A stretch of DNA of 64,000 nucleotides from a virus: positions 1 to 64,000 of IMG/VR virus record IMGVR_UViG_3300009593_000014. The stretch is one strand, 5' to 3'. Under the pieces are notes generated by a model, which did not search any database, was not told the DNA's origin, and was given only the letters and a program-made list of their open reading frames with translations. Shown piece after piece: positions 20,661 through 30,796 of this stretch. Positions within the stretch are counted from its first letter, which is position 1; each line of letters starts with the position of its first letter. Position numbers and translations under genes: made by a program.

Positions 20661-23600
20661 TATACACGCCTCCTACTGCTAGTATCAGCCATAGAGCTTA
20701 TCTTTCTTACGTCAGTACCGGCATTTCTATCAGCTTTAGGTGTGACCTTAACGTCATACTCTTTCATCATCTCCTCAAACCATTCTGGCTGCCCTATAAA
20801 GTTATCTACATTGATAGTTACACCAGTAGCACCGCCACCGCCATAAGACTTGCCTGTTCTGTTCATTGCCTCTAAGTTAGATAAACCAATGCTTTGGACA
20901 GCCCTTGCATTCATTACATACTCACCGCCATGAGCGATTACCGGAACAGCGGCTGATCTAAATCCGCCCAGATATCGACCATATTGTGCTCTAATCGCTC
21001 CACCAAAGAACCTGTCAGGAATGTTTCTTCTACCATAATCGGGCATATCAGAATCTAGGACGAAAGGAGGGGTCCAAGTTGCTGAGTGTTCCTCGACTCC
21101 CGCAAATGGCGTGGCTATCGTATATGCCTCGATAAGAGATCCACCCGGGCCAGCAGAGGATTGATAATGCAACGCGCCACTGCCACCAGAAGCTGAGAAT
21201 TTAAGGTTCTTTACGTCAGACGCATCATTCACTCCATCAATTATATCAGCGAAGGCATCTATGATTGGGTCAACGATAGCATCTCCCATTCCACTTTCTA
21301 ATTCGCCTTTTATTTCCGCAAGTTTCGCTTGAAGTATAGGAATTGAGAGAGCCATATAGGAATCCATCCACTCTAATGCAATTATATCCCATTCAAGAGC
21401 GGACTTCCATGTCTCATTTACTTTGTCAAATATGTTTTGGAAGGCGGTGTTTGGATCAAAGTTTTCTAAGATATTAGTCCAAGTATCAACACTTGTCTGA
21501 ATAGATGCGCTCACCCCATCCAAGCTTGAGTCAAGAACACCATTCTCACCAAATGCGCTTTGGAAAGTAGTGTCTGTTATTTGACTTAATGTATCCATCC
21601 ATGTTTGCCACTCTTCAACAGTTGCAGGAAGTTGTTCTTTTAGTATTTCTACTTGCTCCTGCAATCCTTCACGGATTATTTTTAATCTCTCTGCTTCCAA
21701 ATCTTTTGCTACATTGATAGCAGCAATAGCCATATCTCTTTCTTTGTTTACTAGATAATTTTCTCTCTTGTCATCAAGTTTCGTGAGGTTTTCGGCACTT
21801 TTTTCTTCATTAATTATGTACTGTACGGATAGGTTCCTAGCGTCTTCAACTCTTCCTTCATATATGGCTAATTGCCTATTGCGTATGAAGTTCTCTTTAT
21901 CTAAAGCCATTTGGTTAACTATTTCTCTGCGCTTGGACTCATACTGCAGCGTCTTGGTTAGTTCTTCTTCTGCCTTTTTGACTTCTTCTATGGCTTCTAT
22001 TCGAGCATCGTAAGCGCTTAAGGCAACTTCCGTATACGCATCAAATGCAGCCATAGCAGCATCAGCTATCCTTGCCAATTCTTCTTTCAATGCGGCTTTC
22101 ACTTTGTCAACAAATTCATTAACCGCTTGTTGAAAGCCTTTGCCAACGGCATCTTTTATATCATCAGCAAGCTCTGATTTCTGAGTTTCATTCAAGTCGG
22201 TAAACTCGTCAACACCTTCCTCGCCACCTTCACCAACAGCATCAGCAACAGAATCAATAAGGTCTGTGCCTCCTATATTCCCCAACAAGCTCCCTACACC
22301 TTCGGAAACCGTTCTTGCTAAATCAAAATCCCTTATACCTGACAGAACGTCAGTTATACTCTTAACCCATCCTGCAGTGGAAACACTCATGTCATCAGCA
22401 CCTGCTCCGTAATTTTCAACCATCTCAACAAAACCATCAATAAATCCTGTTGCTGCATCTTTGGCACCGTTTAAAGTGCCTTTTACGTCATCCCCCCAAG
22501 ATGTCCAATCGAAATCAGGTTTTTCATCTATAAGCCCCACTGCTTCCAAAAGCCCACCTACGGTTTCAGCAACAACCTCTGCGCCCTTGGCTATCCCTTG
22601 ACCCATAGTTATAAATGCATCAATTACTTTGAAAGCAAGATCAATGACAAACTTATACCATTCACCCAAGACCCTAACCATCAGAACTACGGCCTGCATA
22701 ATAAGCCTGCCTAGCCAGACAAACGCGTTAGGAATATAATGCCCAACTATCATCACTATTTGTTCCGCAATCCAAAGGTGAACATCTACAAATCCCTCAA
22801 AGATTGCAGTAATCCAGTAAACTACTGACTGAATCACTCCGGCAAAAGTTTGAAAATGTTCCTGAACAAAGCCAACAACTTTGCCTATAATCCCGAACAC
22901 AAACTTCCACATTTTCATAAAGCCCTTCAATATAGGAGGGAGGACTTTGAGTACAACATTCATAACTACATCCAAAAAGCCTTCAACAGCGGAAGCTACT
23001 TTCTCAAAAATCTCCCCTACAGCATTAATACCAGAGTCTTTGCTTCCATCTCCACCTTCCTTCCCAAAGACGGAACCGAATATTTCCATAACCATAGTGC
23101 CAATTCTTTTAAAGAAAGCCATAATTTTAGAAAATACTCTCTTAATTATCTCCACACCCGGCTTAACAGCCTCACCAAATTGTCCAAGATTGTCTTTAAT
23201 AACCAGAACAAGGCCAATGATAATAAACAAAATTGAGGTTATACCACCAAACATAAAGGCTTTCTTTGCGATTTTACCGGCTACTTTAAAAGCCGTGCCT
23301 ATAATAAAAGCAGTAGCAACATATGATTTTCTTATTGCATTGTTGGCAAATGACATGCTTCTTAACCAAAACCTACCGGACATGCTTGCTGAGAATCTCT
23401 CTACGAGCATTCTCTTAAGAGAACTAATGGTGAACCATTTTTTTATAAACTTACTAGCGGCACCAACTTTAGTTAACCATGCCGCACCTGATTTAGTTGC
23501 TGCTATTTGCTCTACTACAAATCTCTTCATTGCACTTATGTGGAATACCTTGTTAATCTTAGCGGCGGCTGCTCTAAATGGACCAATCTTTGGTTTGGGA

Positions 23601-25888
23601 GGTGCAGGAGGACCATGCATGACTGGTTTAGCAGGACCATGCATTCCCGGTGCCATCTCTTCAACCATAACTCCTTGAGCGTTGGTGACGACGTTTGCAG
23701 CCGCCCCACCTCTAAATACGGATGTTGATTTTTTTGGAGACTTTGATGCCTCCAACAAGCCCGAAGCTTGTTTTTGACCAACTTCACTAAATGCTTTCAT
23801 TTTCTTAAAAATATTTCCTTGTGTGCCGCTAAGGATCTTGTATTTTGTTGCTAGATTGCTAACAAGCCCCCCTTCTTTTATGAGCATCCCCCCAACTTTT
23901 CTCATGGGTCCAAGCATCTTGCCTCGGAGAACTGTAGAAACCATCATTGCAGAAGACATCATTTTCATTTGCGGAACAAAGAAAGCCATAGCACGAGCGA
24001 CAGTTGCAACAACGATACCCATTTGTGCCAGCATAAATAGCAGTGGGCCCAGTGCAGCAACAGCGCCAACAATGACTATTATCATTCTCTTAGTTCCTGT
24101 ATCCATGTTTTGCAACGATGCAACAAAGCGTTGAATTGAAGGTATCAGCCCTTGTATTGCTTCATAAAACTGTGCGCCAAATTCTTCCATTAAGTTTCTA
24201 AACTGCGACTTAACCTTATCCATCATAGCCGCAGGGCCTGCCAGAACGATCTCAAGCTCTTGAGCAAAAATCTTTCCAGCCTCAGTAGCGCCCATAGCGT
24301 CTATTGCAAGCGCTTTCATTTCTGGAGACAACTTACTGAAAGCCGTGGTCCACACTGCGGCATCTGAAGAATTCTCATGCAGCCCTTGACCAAACTTACC
24401 CATCGCCTGATCTGCTTTGATAATGTCGGCTCTAAAAGCGTCAATTGAATCTTGATCTTTGAAAGCATTCTTAATATCGTTTTGAAAACCATATATATAC
24501 TCGTTATCTGCTAGTTCTTTACCAAAATCAGCAAATGCACCTTTTCCTCCAAACGACATTGCCTGAAAAGCCGTCCCGACACCTTTAATAGAGTCTTCTA
24601 AGCTCTCCATCCCCATGACCAATGCAAACAATCTTGAAGCCTGACGTTTACCAACTAATTCACCCAAATAAACTAATGCGTCTTTATCGCTAGCGTGCTC
24701 AGCAATAAGCTTCATGTTCTCAGCCAATCTGAACATCATCATATTACCTATACCTAGGTTGGAATGAAATTCCGGCCCTATCATATTTGAAAACTTCTCG
24801 GCTGCTTTTGCAGATTTAGTCGTAGGATTGACTAGCCTCTGAATAGAGAATTTTAATGCGTGAGCAGATTCTGTTGCGTTAAGACCCATCTCTTTCATTC
24901 TCGCCAAAAGACCAGTCAAAAAGACTAGCTCTATACCAGCAGCAACAGCGGCAGGAGATACTTGAGGGAAAGCTTCAGCCAAGTCAGCCATTGACAAGGC
25001 TGTCGTGTTTTCCATCATGTTTAACTTAGCAAGCAAACCTCTAACCTTATCTATGCGATCACCGGCAGGGTCCATGGCTTTTGTAAGACCAGCAATGTTG
25101 GCAATAAAGTCACGACCAACGGATGCTTGAACCTGACCGACTTTTTCGAGTTGGAGCGTCAATTCAGCATACTCACCAGCCATCTGTTCGATGTTGTTTA
25201 TACCGTCATTAGAGCCCATCAAGGCAGCGCCCATTTGGGCAAAGTCGGCAGTTAAACCGGCAACAATAGTTCTACTTACACCAAGCTCTTCCGAAACACG
25301 CCGTGTGTTTTCTCTAACCCTATCCATCTCGTCACCGGTTTTACCGAGGATTTTACTAGTTCTAACAAGAGCCTTTTCAAAAGAATAAAATGTCTGGATC
25401 GCTCTACGCATCCCCATAATAACAGGAAGGCCAAAGCCGACCATCATCTGTCTACCTACCCACTGTAGGTTTTTAGCAGTATCCTGTGCTCGCAGAGATA
25501 CGGAACGAAGGTCTGTGCCCAGTTTTCTCAAAGGCAGAGAAGCCATTTTCACTCTAGCTACAGCAATCTCTTTGTTAAGGACGCGCCATTCTTTGCTGTT
25601 TTTCTTTAGCGCATCACGAGATGCTCTAAGGTCATTGATTTCTACCTTACGAAGCCCCTTCATGGCTTTCTGATTATTCATCAGATGCTTCATAGTCTTG
25701 GCGCTACCCTGCATTATTGCATTTAGACCGCTCTGGATTTCTTTTGAAGACCCCAAGACCTGATTCAGGGACAGGTTTTGTCTTTTTAAGGTGGCAGTTC
25801 CGTTCGAGACCGACAGGAGCAGTTTCTGATACACACCCAACTGGTTCATACCAGTAATTCTTATATTATGCTCAAAATCTTCTGCCAT
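20660..25888 (-). CDS. tape measure protein
   Basis: 1742 aa, helical, hydrophobic central repeats, AHGGEYVMNA C-terminal motif; follows the tail chaperones. Confidence 0.95.
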   Translation of the reverse strand: MAEDFEHNIRITGMNQLGVYQKLLLSVSNGTATLKRQNLSLNQVLGSSKEIQSGLNAIMQGSAKTMKHLMNNQKAMKGLRKVEINDLRASRDALKKNSKEWRVLNKEIAVARVKMASLPLRKLGTDLRSVSLRAQDTAKNLQWVGRQMMVGFGLPVIMGMRRAIQTFYSFEKALVRTSKILGKTGDEMDRVRENTRRVSEELGVSRTIVAGLTADFAQMGAALMGSNDGINNIEQMAGEYAELTLQLEKVGQVQASVGRDFIANIAGLTKAMDPAGDRIDKVRGLLAKLNMMENTTALSMADLAEAFPQVSPAAVAAGIELVFLTGLLARMKEMGLNATESAHALKFSIQRLVNPTTKSAKAAEKFSNMIGPEFHSNLGIGNMMMFRLAENMKLIAEHASDKDALVYLGELVGKRQASRLFALVMGMESLEDSIKGVGTAFQAMSFGGKGAFADFGKELADNEYIYGFQNDIKNAFKDQDSIDAFRADIIKADQAMGKFGQGLHENSSDAAVWTTAFSKLSPEMKALAIDAMGATEAGKIFAQELEIVLAGPAAMMDKVKSQFRNLMEEFGAQFYEAIQGLIPSIQRFVASLQNMDTGTKRMIIVIVGAVAALGPLLFMLAQMGIVVATVARAMAFFVPQMKMMSSAMMVSTVLRGKMLGPMRKVGGMLIKEGGLVSNLATKYKILSGTQGNIFKKMKAFSEVGQKQASGLLEASKSPKKSTSVFRGGAAANVVTNAQGVMVEEMAPGMHGPAKPVMHGPPAPPKPKIGPFRAAAAKINKVFHISAMKRFVVEQIAATKSGAAWLTKVGAASKFIKKWFTISSLKRMLVERFSASMSGRFWLRSMSFANNAIRKSYVATAFIIGTAFKVAGKIAKKAFMFGGITSILFIIIGLVLVIKDNLGQFGEAVKPGVEIIKRVFSKIMAFFKRIGTMVMEIFGSVFGKEGGDGSKDSGINAVGEIFEKVASAVEGFLDVVMNVVLKVLPPILKGFMKMWKFVFGIIGKVVGFVQEHFQTFAGVIQSVVYWITAIFEGFVDVHLWIAEQIVMIVGHYIPNAFVWLGRLIMQAVVLMVRVLGEWYKFVIDLAFKVIDAFITMGQGIAKGAEVVAETVGGLLEAVGLIDEKPDFDWTSWGDDVKGTLNGAKDAATGFIDGFVEMVENYGAGADDMSVSTAGWVKSITDVLSGIRDFDLARTVSEGVGSLLGNIGGTDLIDSVADAVGEGGEEGVDEFTDLNETQKSELADDIKDAVGKGFQQAVNEFVDKVKAALKEELARIADAAMAAFDAYTEVALSAYDARIEAIEEVKKAEEELTKTLQYESKRREIVNQMALDKENFIRNRQLAIYEGRVEDARNLSVQYIINEEKSAENLTKLDDKRENYLVNKERDMAIAAINVAKDLEAERLKIIREGLQEQVEILKEQLPATVEEWQTWMDTLSQITDTTFQSAFGENGVLDSSLDGVSASIQTSVDTWTNILENFDPNTAFQNIFDKVNETWKSALEWDIIALEWMDSYMALSIPILQAKLAEIKGELESGMGDAIVDPIIDAFADIIDGVNDASDVKNLKFSASGGSGALHYQSSAGPGGSLIEAYTIATPFAGVEEHSATWTPPFVLDSDMPDYGRRNIPDRFFGGAIRAQYGRYLGGFRSAAVPVIAHGGEYVMNARAVQSIGLSNLEAMNRTGKSYGGGGATGVTINVDNFIGQPEWFEEMMKEYDVKVTPKADRNAGTDVRKISSMADTSSRRRV

Positions 25889-25915
25889 TTTCCCACCTAT
25901 TATATATTATCTCAC

Positions 25916-26589
25916 CTATTCGCTTTCATAACCAAGTCCAATAGGTAGGTGTGAAATAGTAAATTCACTATCTAGAGCCATGTCAGCACTGCTTGCTGTA
26001 CGCTCAGGCGGTACTCTATCTGTTAGGGAATCGTACTCCCCAATAGACTCACCACCAATAAGCTGAGCTAGAATATCATAGTCGTTATGACGATTAAACC
26101 TAACCGTGTCAACTATGTTAATTAACTCAGGCAGCGATATGTTTCTTTCTATATCTTCGATGCTCTTCCATGAGCCAACAGAGACAAAAGCCTCCAAAAC
26201 TAAGTGATGGAGAGGGAAGGTGTGCCAACTGTCTGACTGTCTGGCAACACCTGTCCCCTCTCCACCTACTCGTTTGGGGCTTCTTCAACCTCGTTACCCA
26301 TACTTGCGGCCATTAGGCCAGCAAAGCATCGTAGATCCAATGCATCCTCTAGAGCTTCTTCATCGTTAGCTAAGTCTGGATCAACTTTCTGAAGAGCAAT
26401 TGCTGCTGCTTTGACCATATTGTCAATATCCTCATCGTTTAATCCTTTAGTTTCATCGACGTTAAGTTGGTCTGCAATTTTCATAAAATTACGAAGTTGA
26501 CGAATGGTAAGAGGATAAACCTTTCTTTCCACTCCATCAGCAAACACTATAACTTGACCCTCTCGAAGATCTTTGTTTTTTGTAGACAT
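25916..26589 (-). CDS. tail assembly chaperone, -1 frameshift (G-T type) product
   Basis: Slippery C CCA AAC at 26278-26272; the -1 frame reads RVGGEGTGVARQSDSWHTFPLHHLVLEAFVSVGSW straight into ORF 25916..26197. Confidence 0.85.
26208..26278 (-). promoter_or_regulatory. -1 ribosomal frameshift signal (slippery heptamer plus stimulatory hairpin)
   Basis: CCCAAAC, 7-nt spacer, then a long stem closed by TGGAGAGGG / CCCTCTCCA (26264-26208). Confidence 0.85.
26266..26589 (-). CDS. tail assembly chaperone (G)
   Basis: Between major tail and tape measure genes; VYPLTIRQLR motif. Confidence 0.85.
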   Translation of the reverse strand: MSTKNKDLREGQVIVFADGVERKVYPLTIRQLRNFMKIADQLNVDETKGLNDEDIDNMVKAAAIALQKVDPDLANDEEALEDALDLRCFAGLMAASMGNEVEEAPNE

Positions 26590-26675
26590 TTAATTTTCAC
26601 ACCTTTCGTATATTTTCATGTGATATAAATACTATACCATGAATCTACGTTGATACCAACTAATAAACAGTAATT

Positions 26676-27275
26676 TTAACTGTTTGCAGTTACATCAATA
26701 ATTTTACCATACTCATAATTTGTATCAGAGCTGTTAGGCAAGATCCTGAATTCAACAGGGAATGCCACAGCCTCAGCACGCTTCATTGAGTGAGAGCTTG
26801 CTGCGTAAGATACGGCTCTTTTAGTTTGGAATATTCTTTTGAGAGTAGTGCTTGCGGTTGTACCCGGAGCGTTACCAGTAATTTGAAGAACCTTCTCATA
26901 CGGATATACATTCTCAATACCAAACTTAAATGTTTTTGTTGCGGATGCACCAGAAACTGTGTCTAAATCAGTCACAATATCTTGTGTAGCCGAGTCTGTT
27001 CCCGAAGAAGTAGACTTGTAGTTCCATGCGTGGGCTAGGTTTGTAAGAGTCGCCTCAGCAAGAGTCGTCTTAACCATAACCTTCACACGAGATTGGATAA
27101 CTTTAGCAGCGTCACCAAACTGATCAACTTCAATGTCAACCATATCAGGTTCCCATGTTAGTTCTACACCTTCCATGGTAGCCCCAACATCAGTTAAAGA
27201 ACCAAAAGCGGTTCCTGATTCGCCAATCTCTACTGTTGCTTCACCAACAACTATATTTGCAGTAGTAATAGCCAT
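26676..27275 (-). CDS. major tail tube protein
   Basis: NIVVGEA...DVGATMEGVELTWEP...EVDQ...TTLAEATLTNL; strong AGGAGG SD; syntenic position. Confidence 0.88.
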   Translation of the reverse strand: MAITTANIVVGEATVEIGESGTAFGSLTDVGATMEGVELTWEPDMVDIEVDQFGDAAKVIQSRVKVMVKTTLAEATLTNLAHAWNYKSTSSGTDSATQDIVTDLDTVSGASATKTFKFGIENVYPYEKVLQITGNAPGTTASTTLKRIFQTKRAVSYAASSHSMKRAEAVAFPVEFRILPNSSDTNYEYGKIIDVTANS

Positions 27276-27292
27276 TATTTTTTCCTCCTATG

Positions 27293-27493
27293 TTATTCTA
27301 GAGTGAACATACGTTTTCCACGTTTGTCCCTCCACCTAGATAATTTTTTAGCGTGCTCTAGAGGCACCTCGCCTTTTCTTCCCCCTACTCCTCTGGCATT
27401 TTGCCACTCAAAGTCATATTGAGCTTTACCAATACGAGCAGAAAAACTAGGCGTTTTTCCCACATATGTAATAGCAGTATATCCTATATTCAT
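27293..27493 (-). CDS. hypothetical protein
   Basis: Small ORF between tail terminator and tail tube; ATG 27493 preferred. Confidence 0.6.
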   Translation of the reverse strand: MNIGYTAITYVGKTPSFSARIGKAQYDFEWQNARGVGGRKGEVPLEHAKKLSRWRDKRGKRMFTLE

Positions 27494-27507
27494 TTTTATT
27501 GCGAACT

Positions 27508-27966
27508 CTAATCTGCAACATACATGACTGTAAAGTCTAATTGGATAGAGTACCATCCCTCCTTTTCAGAAGGCTGAACTGATCTCGATCCAATCAGGCT
27601 AGAACTTAGTATACGATTAGTAACATTATTAACATTAACACCTGATTGAACTGTTGTATCAACGCCCGGACCCCTCGGTCCCCCTCCAACGTCGAACATA
27701 CTAATAATCTTGTTACTAATCTTAAACAAACGGTCAGCATTAGAATCGTAAATAACATACCTTAAACTATCTTGACGTAGTATGTAAGCACTGCTTTCTA
27801 TATGCCCGGGAATCCAAAAATAAACTAAAAAGGGAGGTTTTGCACTATTTGGTGCAACCATTGGATATATTTGTAGCTTTTTGCCAGCAACATCTTTTAA
27901 ACTATAGTTTTCTTTTAATTCATTATTGAAATCATAAACAATAATTTGATCGCTATACTCAGGCAC
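27508..27966 (-). CDS. tail terminator-like neck protein
   Basis: IYPMVAP...PPFLVY and C-terminal LDFTVMY; position; likely GTG start at 27966. Confidence 0.65.
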   Translation of the reverse strand: MPEYSDQIIVYDFNNELKENYSLKDVAGKKLQIYPMVAPNSAKPPFLVYFWIPGHIESSAYILRQDSLRYVIYDSNADRLFKISNKIISMFDVGGGPRGPGVDTTVQSGVNVNNVTNRILSSSLIGSRSVQPSEKEGWYSIQLDFTVMYVAD

Positions 27967-28309
27967 TAAAACCACCCCCCTTGCCTTCACTTGTTCTCTT
28001 CAAGGCGTTAGACATTTCTTGAAAGCATTCAGAAAAAATGCCGTCAATCTCTGAGGAGAACTGTTCTTTGGCAAACCTGCCATAATCATCGTTCTCAACT
28101 AATTTAGCAGAGAAGTTAAGATTACTAGCGCTGTGCACAACTGTCCAGTGAATAGACTCTTCTGGAAACCTTGATGCTAACTTAGTTTCTATTCTTTCAG
28201 CCGTTGCCTGAGCATTCTGCTGAAATTCAGACATATAGTCCATTTGTTTCCTAATCGCCCTCTCTTGGGCTCTTTTGGCAGAAAGAAGTGCTGGATTGCT
28301 GTTTAGCAT
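27959..28309 (-). CDS. neck-region hypothetical protein
   Basis: Synteny between stopper and terminator genes. Confidence 0.55.
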   Translation of the reverse strand: MLNSNPALLSAKRAQERAIRKQMDYMSEFQQNAQATAERIETKLASRFPEESIHWTVVHSASNLNFSAKLVENDDYGRFAKEQFSSEIDGIFSECFQEMSNALKRTSEGKGGGFSA

Positions 28310-28311
28310 GT

Positions 28312-28689
28312 TTACCCTTTCTCCTCGACTACAACACGAGCAATAATGTATATGTGATGTGTTCTTCCTGAGTATCCGGGCCTTTTAAGCAAAGACAGAA
28401 CCTCTAACGGTCCCTCTTCAATAACCTCTCCATGACTATCTCTAACATTATATAGTCTAGAATTATAACTCACTTTAGACTCAAAATGCCTAGGCACAAC
28501 TATGCTGTACTGGTTGCTTTCGTTTATATACGGACCCGACTTTCTATCTGTACTTTTAGGTGAAAGCATACCTTTTATAGTTTCGTGAAAATAAAAGTCA
28601 GTAGTTACCTGCCCTGATGGGCTATCTGATTCGTTGTAACTATGAACATCTATTTGATGTGGGAATCTTAAGAAGGTTTCATTTGCCAT
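28312..28689 (-). CDS. head-tail stopper/closure protein
   Basis: Size, beta-rich pattern and position after the adaptor. Confidence 0.65.
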   Translation of the reverse strand: MANETFLRFPHQIDVHSYNESDSPSGQVTTDFYFHETIKGMLSPKSTDRKSGPYINESNQYSIVVPRHFESKVSYNSRLYNVRDSHGEVIEEGPLEVLSLLKRPGYSGRTHHIYIIARVVVEEKG

Positions 28690-28694
28690 TTAAT

Positions 28695-29642
28695 CTACCC
28701 CACATAATCCATTACATATAGTGTGTAATCCATAAGTAATGTATCTGCATCAACATTACCTGTCGATCCATAAAAATCTGAATCAAAGCGATATCTTGTA
28801 GTATCCATGTCTACAGAGTGAATTCTGTGGCGGCGATACTCATTATCGTCATTCATTAAATCCAATATAAGAAGCTCTGCAGCGTTCTGAACATTGCCGG
28901 GAACGAATCTCCACCCGAAAGAACCTGTAACCTTATAGTCGGACTTACTATTAAACTTGTTGCTATATGTTCTAGCAACATATGTTTTTCTTGTGTCAGA
29001 AACTTTATTCTTAAACCTAACTGAATAAGTCGAACCGAAGTTTCCAACTGAATTATATTTTTCTAGATTATTCAATGTTGAATCACTAGAATCGTGTACT
29101 GTTTCTGCGTCGCTATCGCCAGAATCAGCAACAACAGTAGTCAAAGTGTCAATAGGATAAGGCATCCGTAAGTAGCGATTATCAGTGCCGTCCACAATAA
29201 AACTTTTTGTACCGTAAAAATCAAAAGACTGTCCACAGTATGTGTCAATAATTCTCCGAGCTTTTTTCTCAAGTTCATCGAATTTTGCCCCATAAAGTGC
29301 TTGTAAATCTGCGTTGTTAGCGAAAAAAGACGCAGAAGTAATATACGGTGTATATACATTTAAATAAACCTCACTAGTAAAAGCGGTTCCGCTTTTCTCG
29401 TAGGAGAATACAACCTTATGCACTCCGGCTTGAGCCAGAACATAATTATTAGTATTAGCTGTAGATTCTCCAAAAGTAACTGAATACTCTCCGGCACTAG
29501 CACGAGTACAGGCTGTTGAGGCTTGCACAACACTACTATCGGCAAACTCATGATACAGAGTAGCATTCACTGTATTACTATCAGGATCAGCACCTAAAGA
29601 TAAAGAAACTGTTTTGCTGGTGTTGATCTTTACATCATCCAT
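28695..29642 (-). CDS. head-tail adaptor with N-terminal Ig-like domain
   Basis: ARRIIDTYCGQSF...VTGSFGWRFVPGNVQNAAELL...TGNVDADTLL. Confidence 0.8.
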   Translation of the reverse strand: MDDVKINTSKTVSLSLGADPDSNTVNATLYHEFADSSVVQASTACTRASAGEYSVTFGESTANTNNYVLAQAGVHKVVFSYEKSGTAFTSEVYLNVYTPYITSASFFANNADLQALYGAKFDELEKKARRIIDTYCGQSFDFYGTKSFIVDGTDNRYLRMPYPIDTLTTVVADSGDSDAETVHDSSDSTLNNLEKYNSVGNFGSTYSVRFKNKVSDTRKTYVARTYSNKFNSKSDYKVTGSFGWRFVPGNVQNAAELLILDLMNDDNEYRRHRIHSVDMDTTRYRFDSDFYGSTGNVDADTLLMDYTLYVMDYVG

Positions 29643-29729
29643 TTATATTCCTCTTTTTAAAAACTATACCATTGTGATAATTTTTATTCACAAAGTATGA
29701 TATAAGAATATAATATCACTAATCAGGTG

Positions 29730-30275
29730 TTAAAACAAACAGTTTTCTTTGGTTAAAACAGTCCATGCCCTTATAGCATAGCCCATACCAAAAGTAACCC
29801 CATATACGTTGACCATTTTTGCTGGCTTTCTTATTACAGGAACCTGAGTGTGGAGCATGCCAAAAAGACCTCCCGGCTTGAGTAGTCTCATTCCTTCCTT
29901 GACTATCTGAGCAGGCCTTGGGTAAAAACCCTCTGTTCCATACAGGTTTTTTGCATATTCAGCTGAATATGGTGGATCGACCATTATAAACTCAAAAGAT
30001 TCATCTTTAAATGGGGTATTTCTGCAGTCAGCTACAACATCAGGACCAGTCTCAATTCTGATATCTAGGGTTGTTCCAGAATGCATAGAACCAGCGCAAA
30101 GATGCAACACCTTGTCGGGATCATCGCAACCCCAAGCATCAAGAACCCACTCTACAAACCTAAGAGGATAGCCTCCACCTTCAGGAAACTCATTAAAATG
30201 ATCTGTTAATTTTGGGTTGCCGAACATAATGGGATGCCCTTTTCGAGGAGAGGAAGGATTATGTCTCTTATCCAT
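29730..30275 (-). CDS. small amino (N6A/N4C)-type methyltransferase-like protein
   Basis: VLHLCAGS (SAM-binding), DCRNTPFKDESFEFIMVDPPY catalytic motif, RLLKPGG. Confidence 0.75.
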   Translation of the reverse strand: MDKRHNPSSPRKGHPIMFGNPKLTDHFNEFPEGGGYPLRFVEWVLDAWGCDDPDKVLHLCAGSMHSGTTLDIRIETGPDVVADCRNTPFKDESFEFIMVDPPYSAEYAKNLYGTEGFYPRPAQIVKEGMRLLKPGGLFGMLHTQVPVIRKPAKMVNVYGVTFGMGYAIRAWTVLTKENCLF

Positions 30276-30289
30276 GATTTAAAAACTTT

Positions 30290-30787
30290 CTAAACATTAA
30301 ACAATCTTTCATGGTCTATAGTTTTTAACTCCGGTTTTGAATCATTTAGTTGTCGTGACCATCTTTGTTTTCGACCATTCGGCTGATCGTTCCTTCTAGG
30401 TCCACTTGTGTGCTTCCATTCTCTACCAAAAGTTAAGGTTTCAAACTTCCATCCTGAAGCTTTCAGGCTTGAGCCCATTTCTTCTTCTAAAATGTATGTT
30501 TGAATACTCTCAAAACCCATTTCTTTAGCAGCCCTAGCTGCTGCTGAGTAGAGTTGAGAGCAAGCATTTTTACTACCATCAGTAACGAGCCTAGTAACCT
30601 CAACTATTTTGTTAGGATCACAACCACGCGCAACCGGTCTGCCAACAATAACAGCACCAACCAGAACACCTTCGTCATCGACTAAACCCAAACTAAAGCG
30701 ATGACCGCGAACAGGTTTGTGGTGTCTATGAGCCTTAGTGACCAAATCATTGGCAACCTTAAGAGTCACAGGTATTATGCTGTGCAT
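30290..30787 (-). CDS. XF1762-family / Mom-like GNAT-fold protein
   Basis: AN..V...HRHHKP..GHRFSLG...VGRPVAR...EVTRLVTDGSKNACSQLY...TYIL..E.G.SLKASGW. Confidence 0.75.
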   Translation of the reverse strand: MHSIIPVTLKVANDLVTKAHRHHKPVRGHRFSLGLVDDEGVLVGAVIVGRPVARGCDPNKIVEVTRLVTDGSKNACSQLYSAAARAAKEMGFESIQTYILEEEMGSSLKASGWKFETLTFGREWKHTSGPRRNDQPNGRKQRWSRQLNDSKPELKTIDHERLFNV

Positions 30788-30796
30788 TTTTCTATA

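Noticed and set aside
22881-23678. Long plus-strand ORFs opposite the tape measure, DnaE, fibre, capsid and RNR genes
   Set aside because: Antisense shadows of strongly biased coding sequence, with no SD or recognisable motifs.
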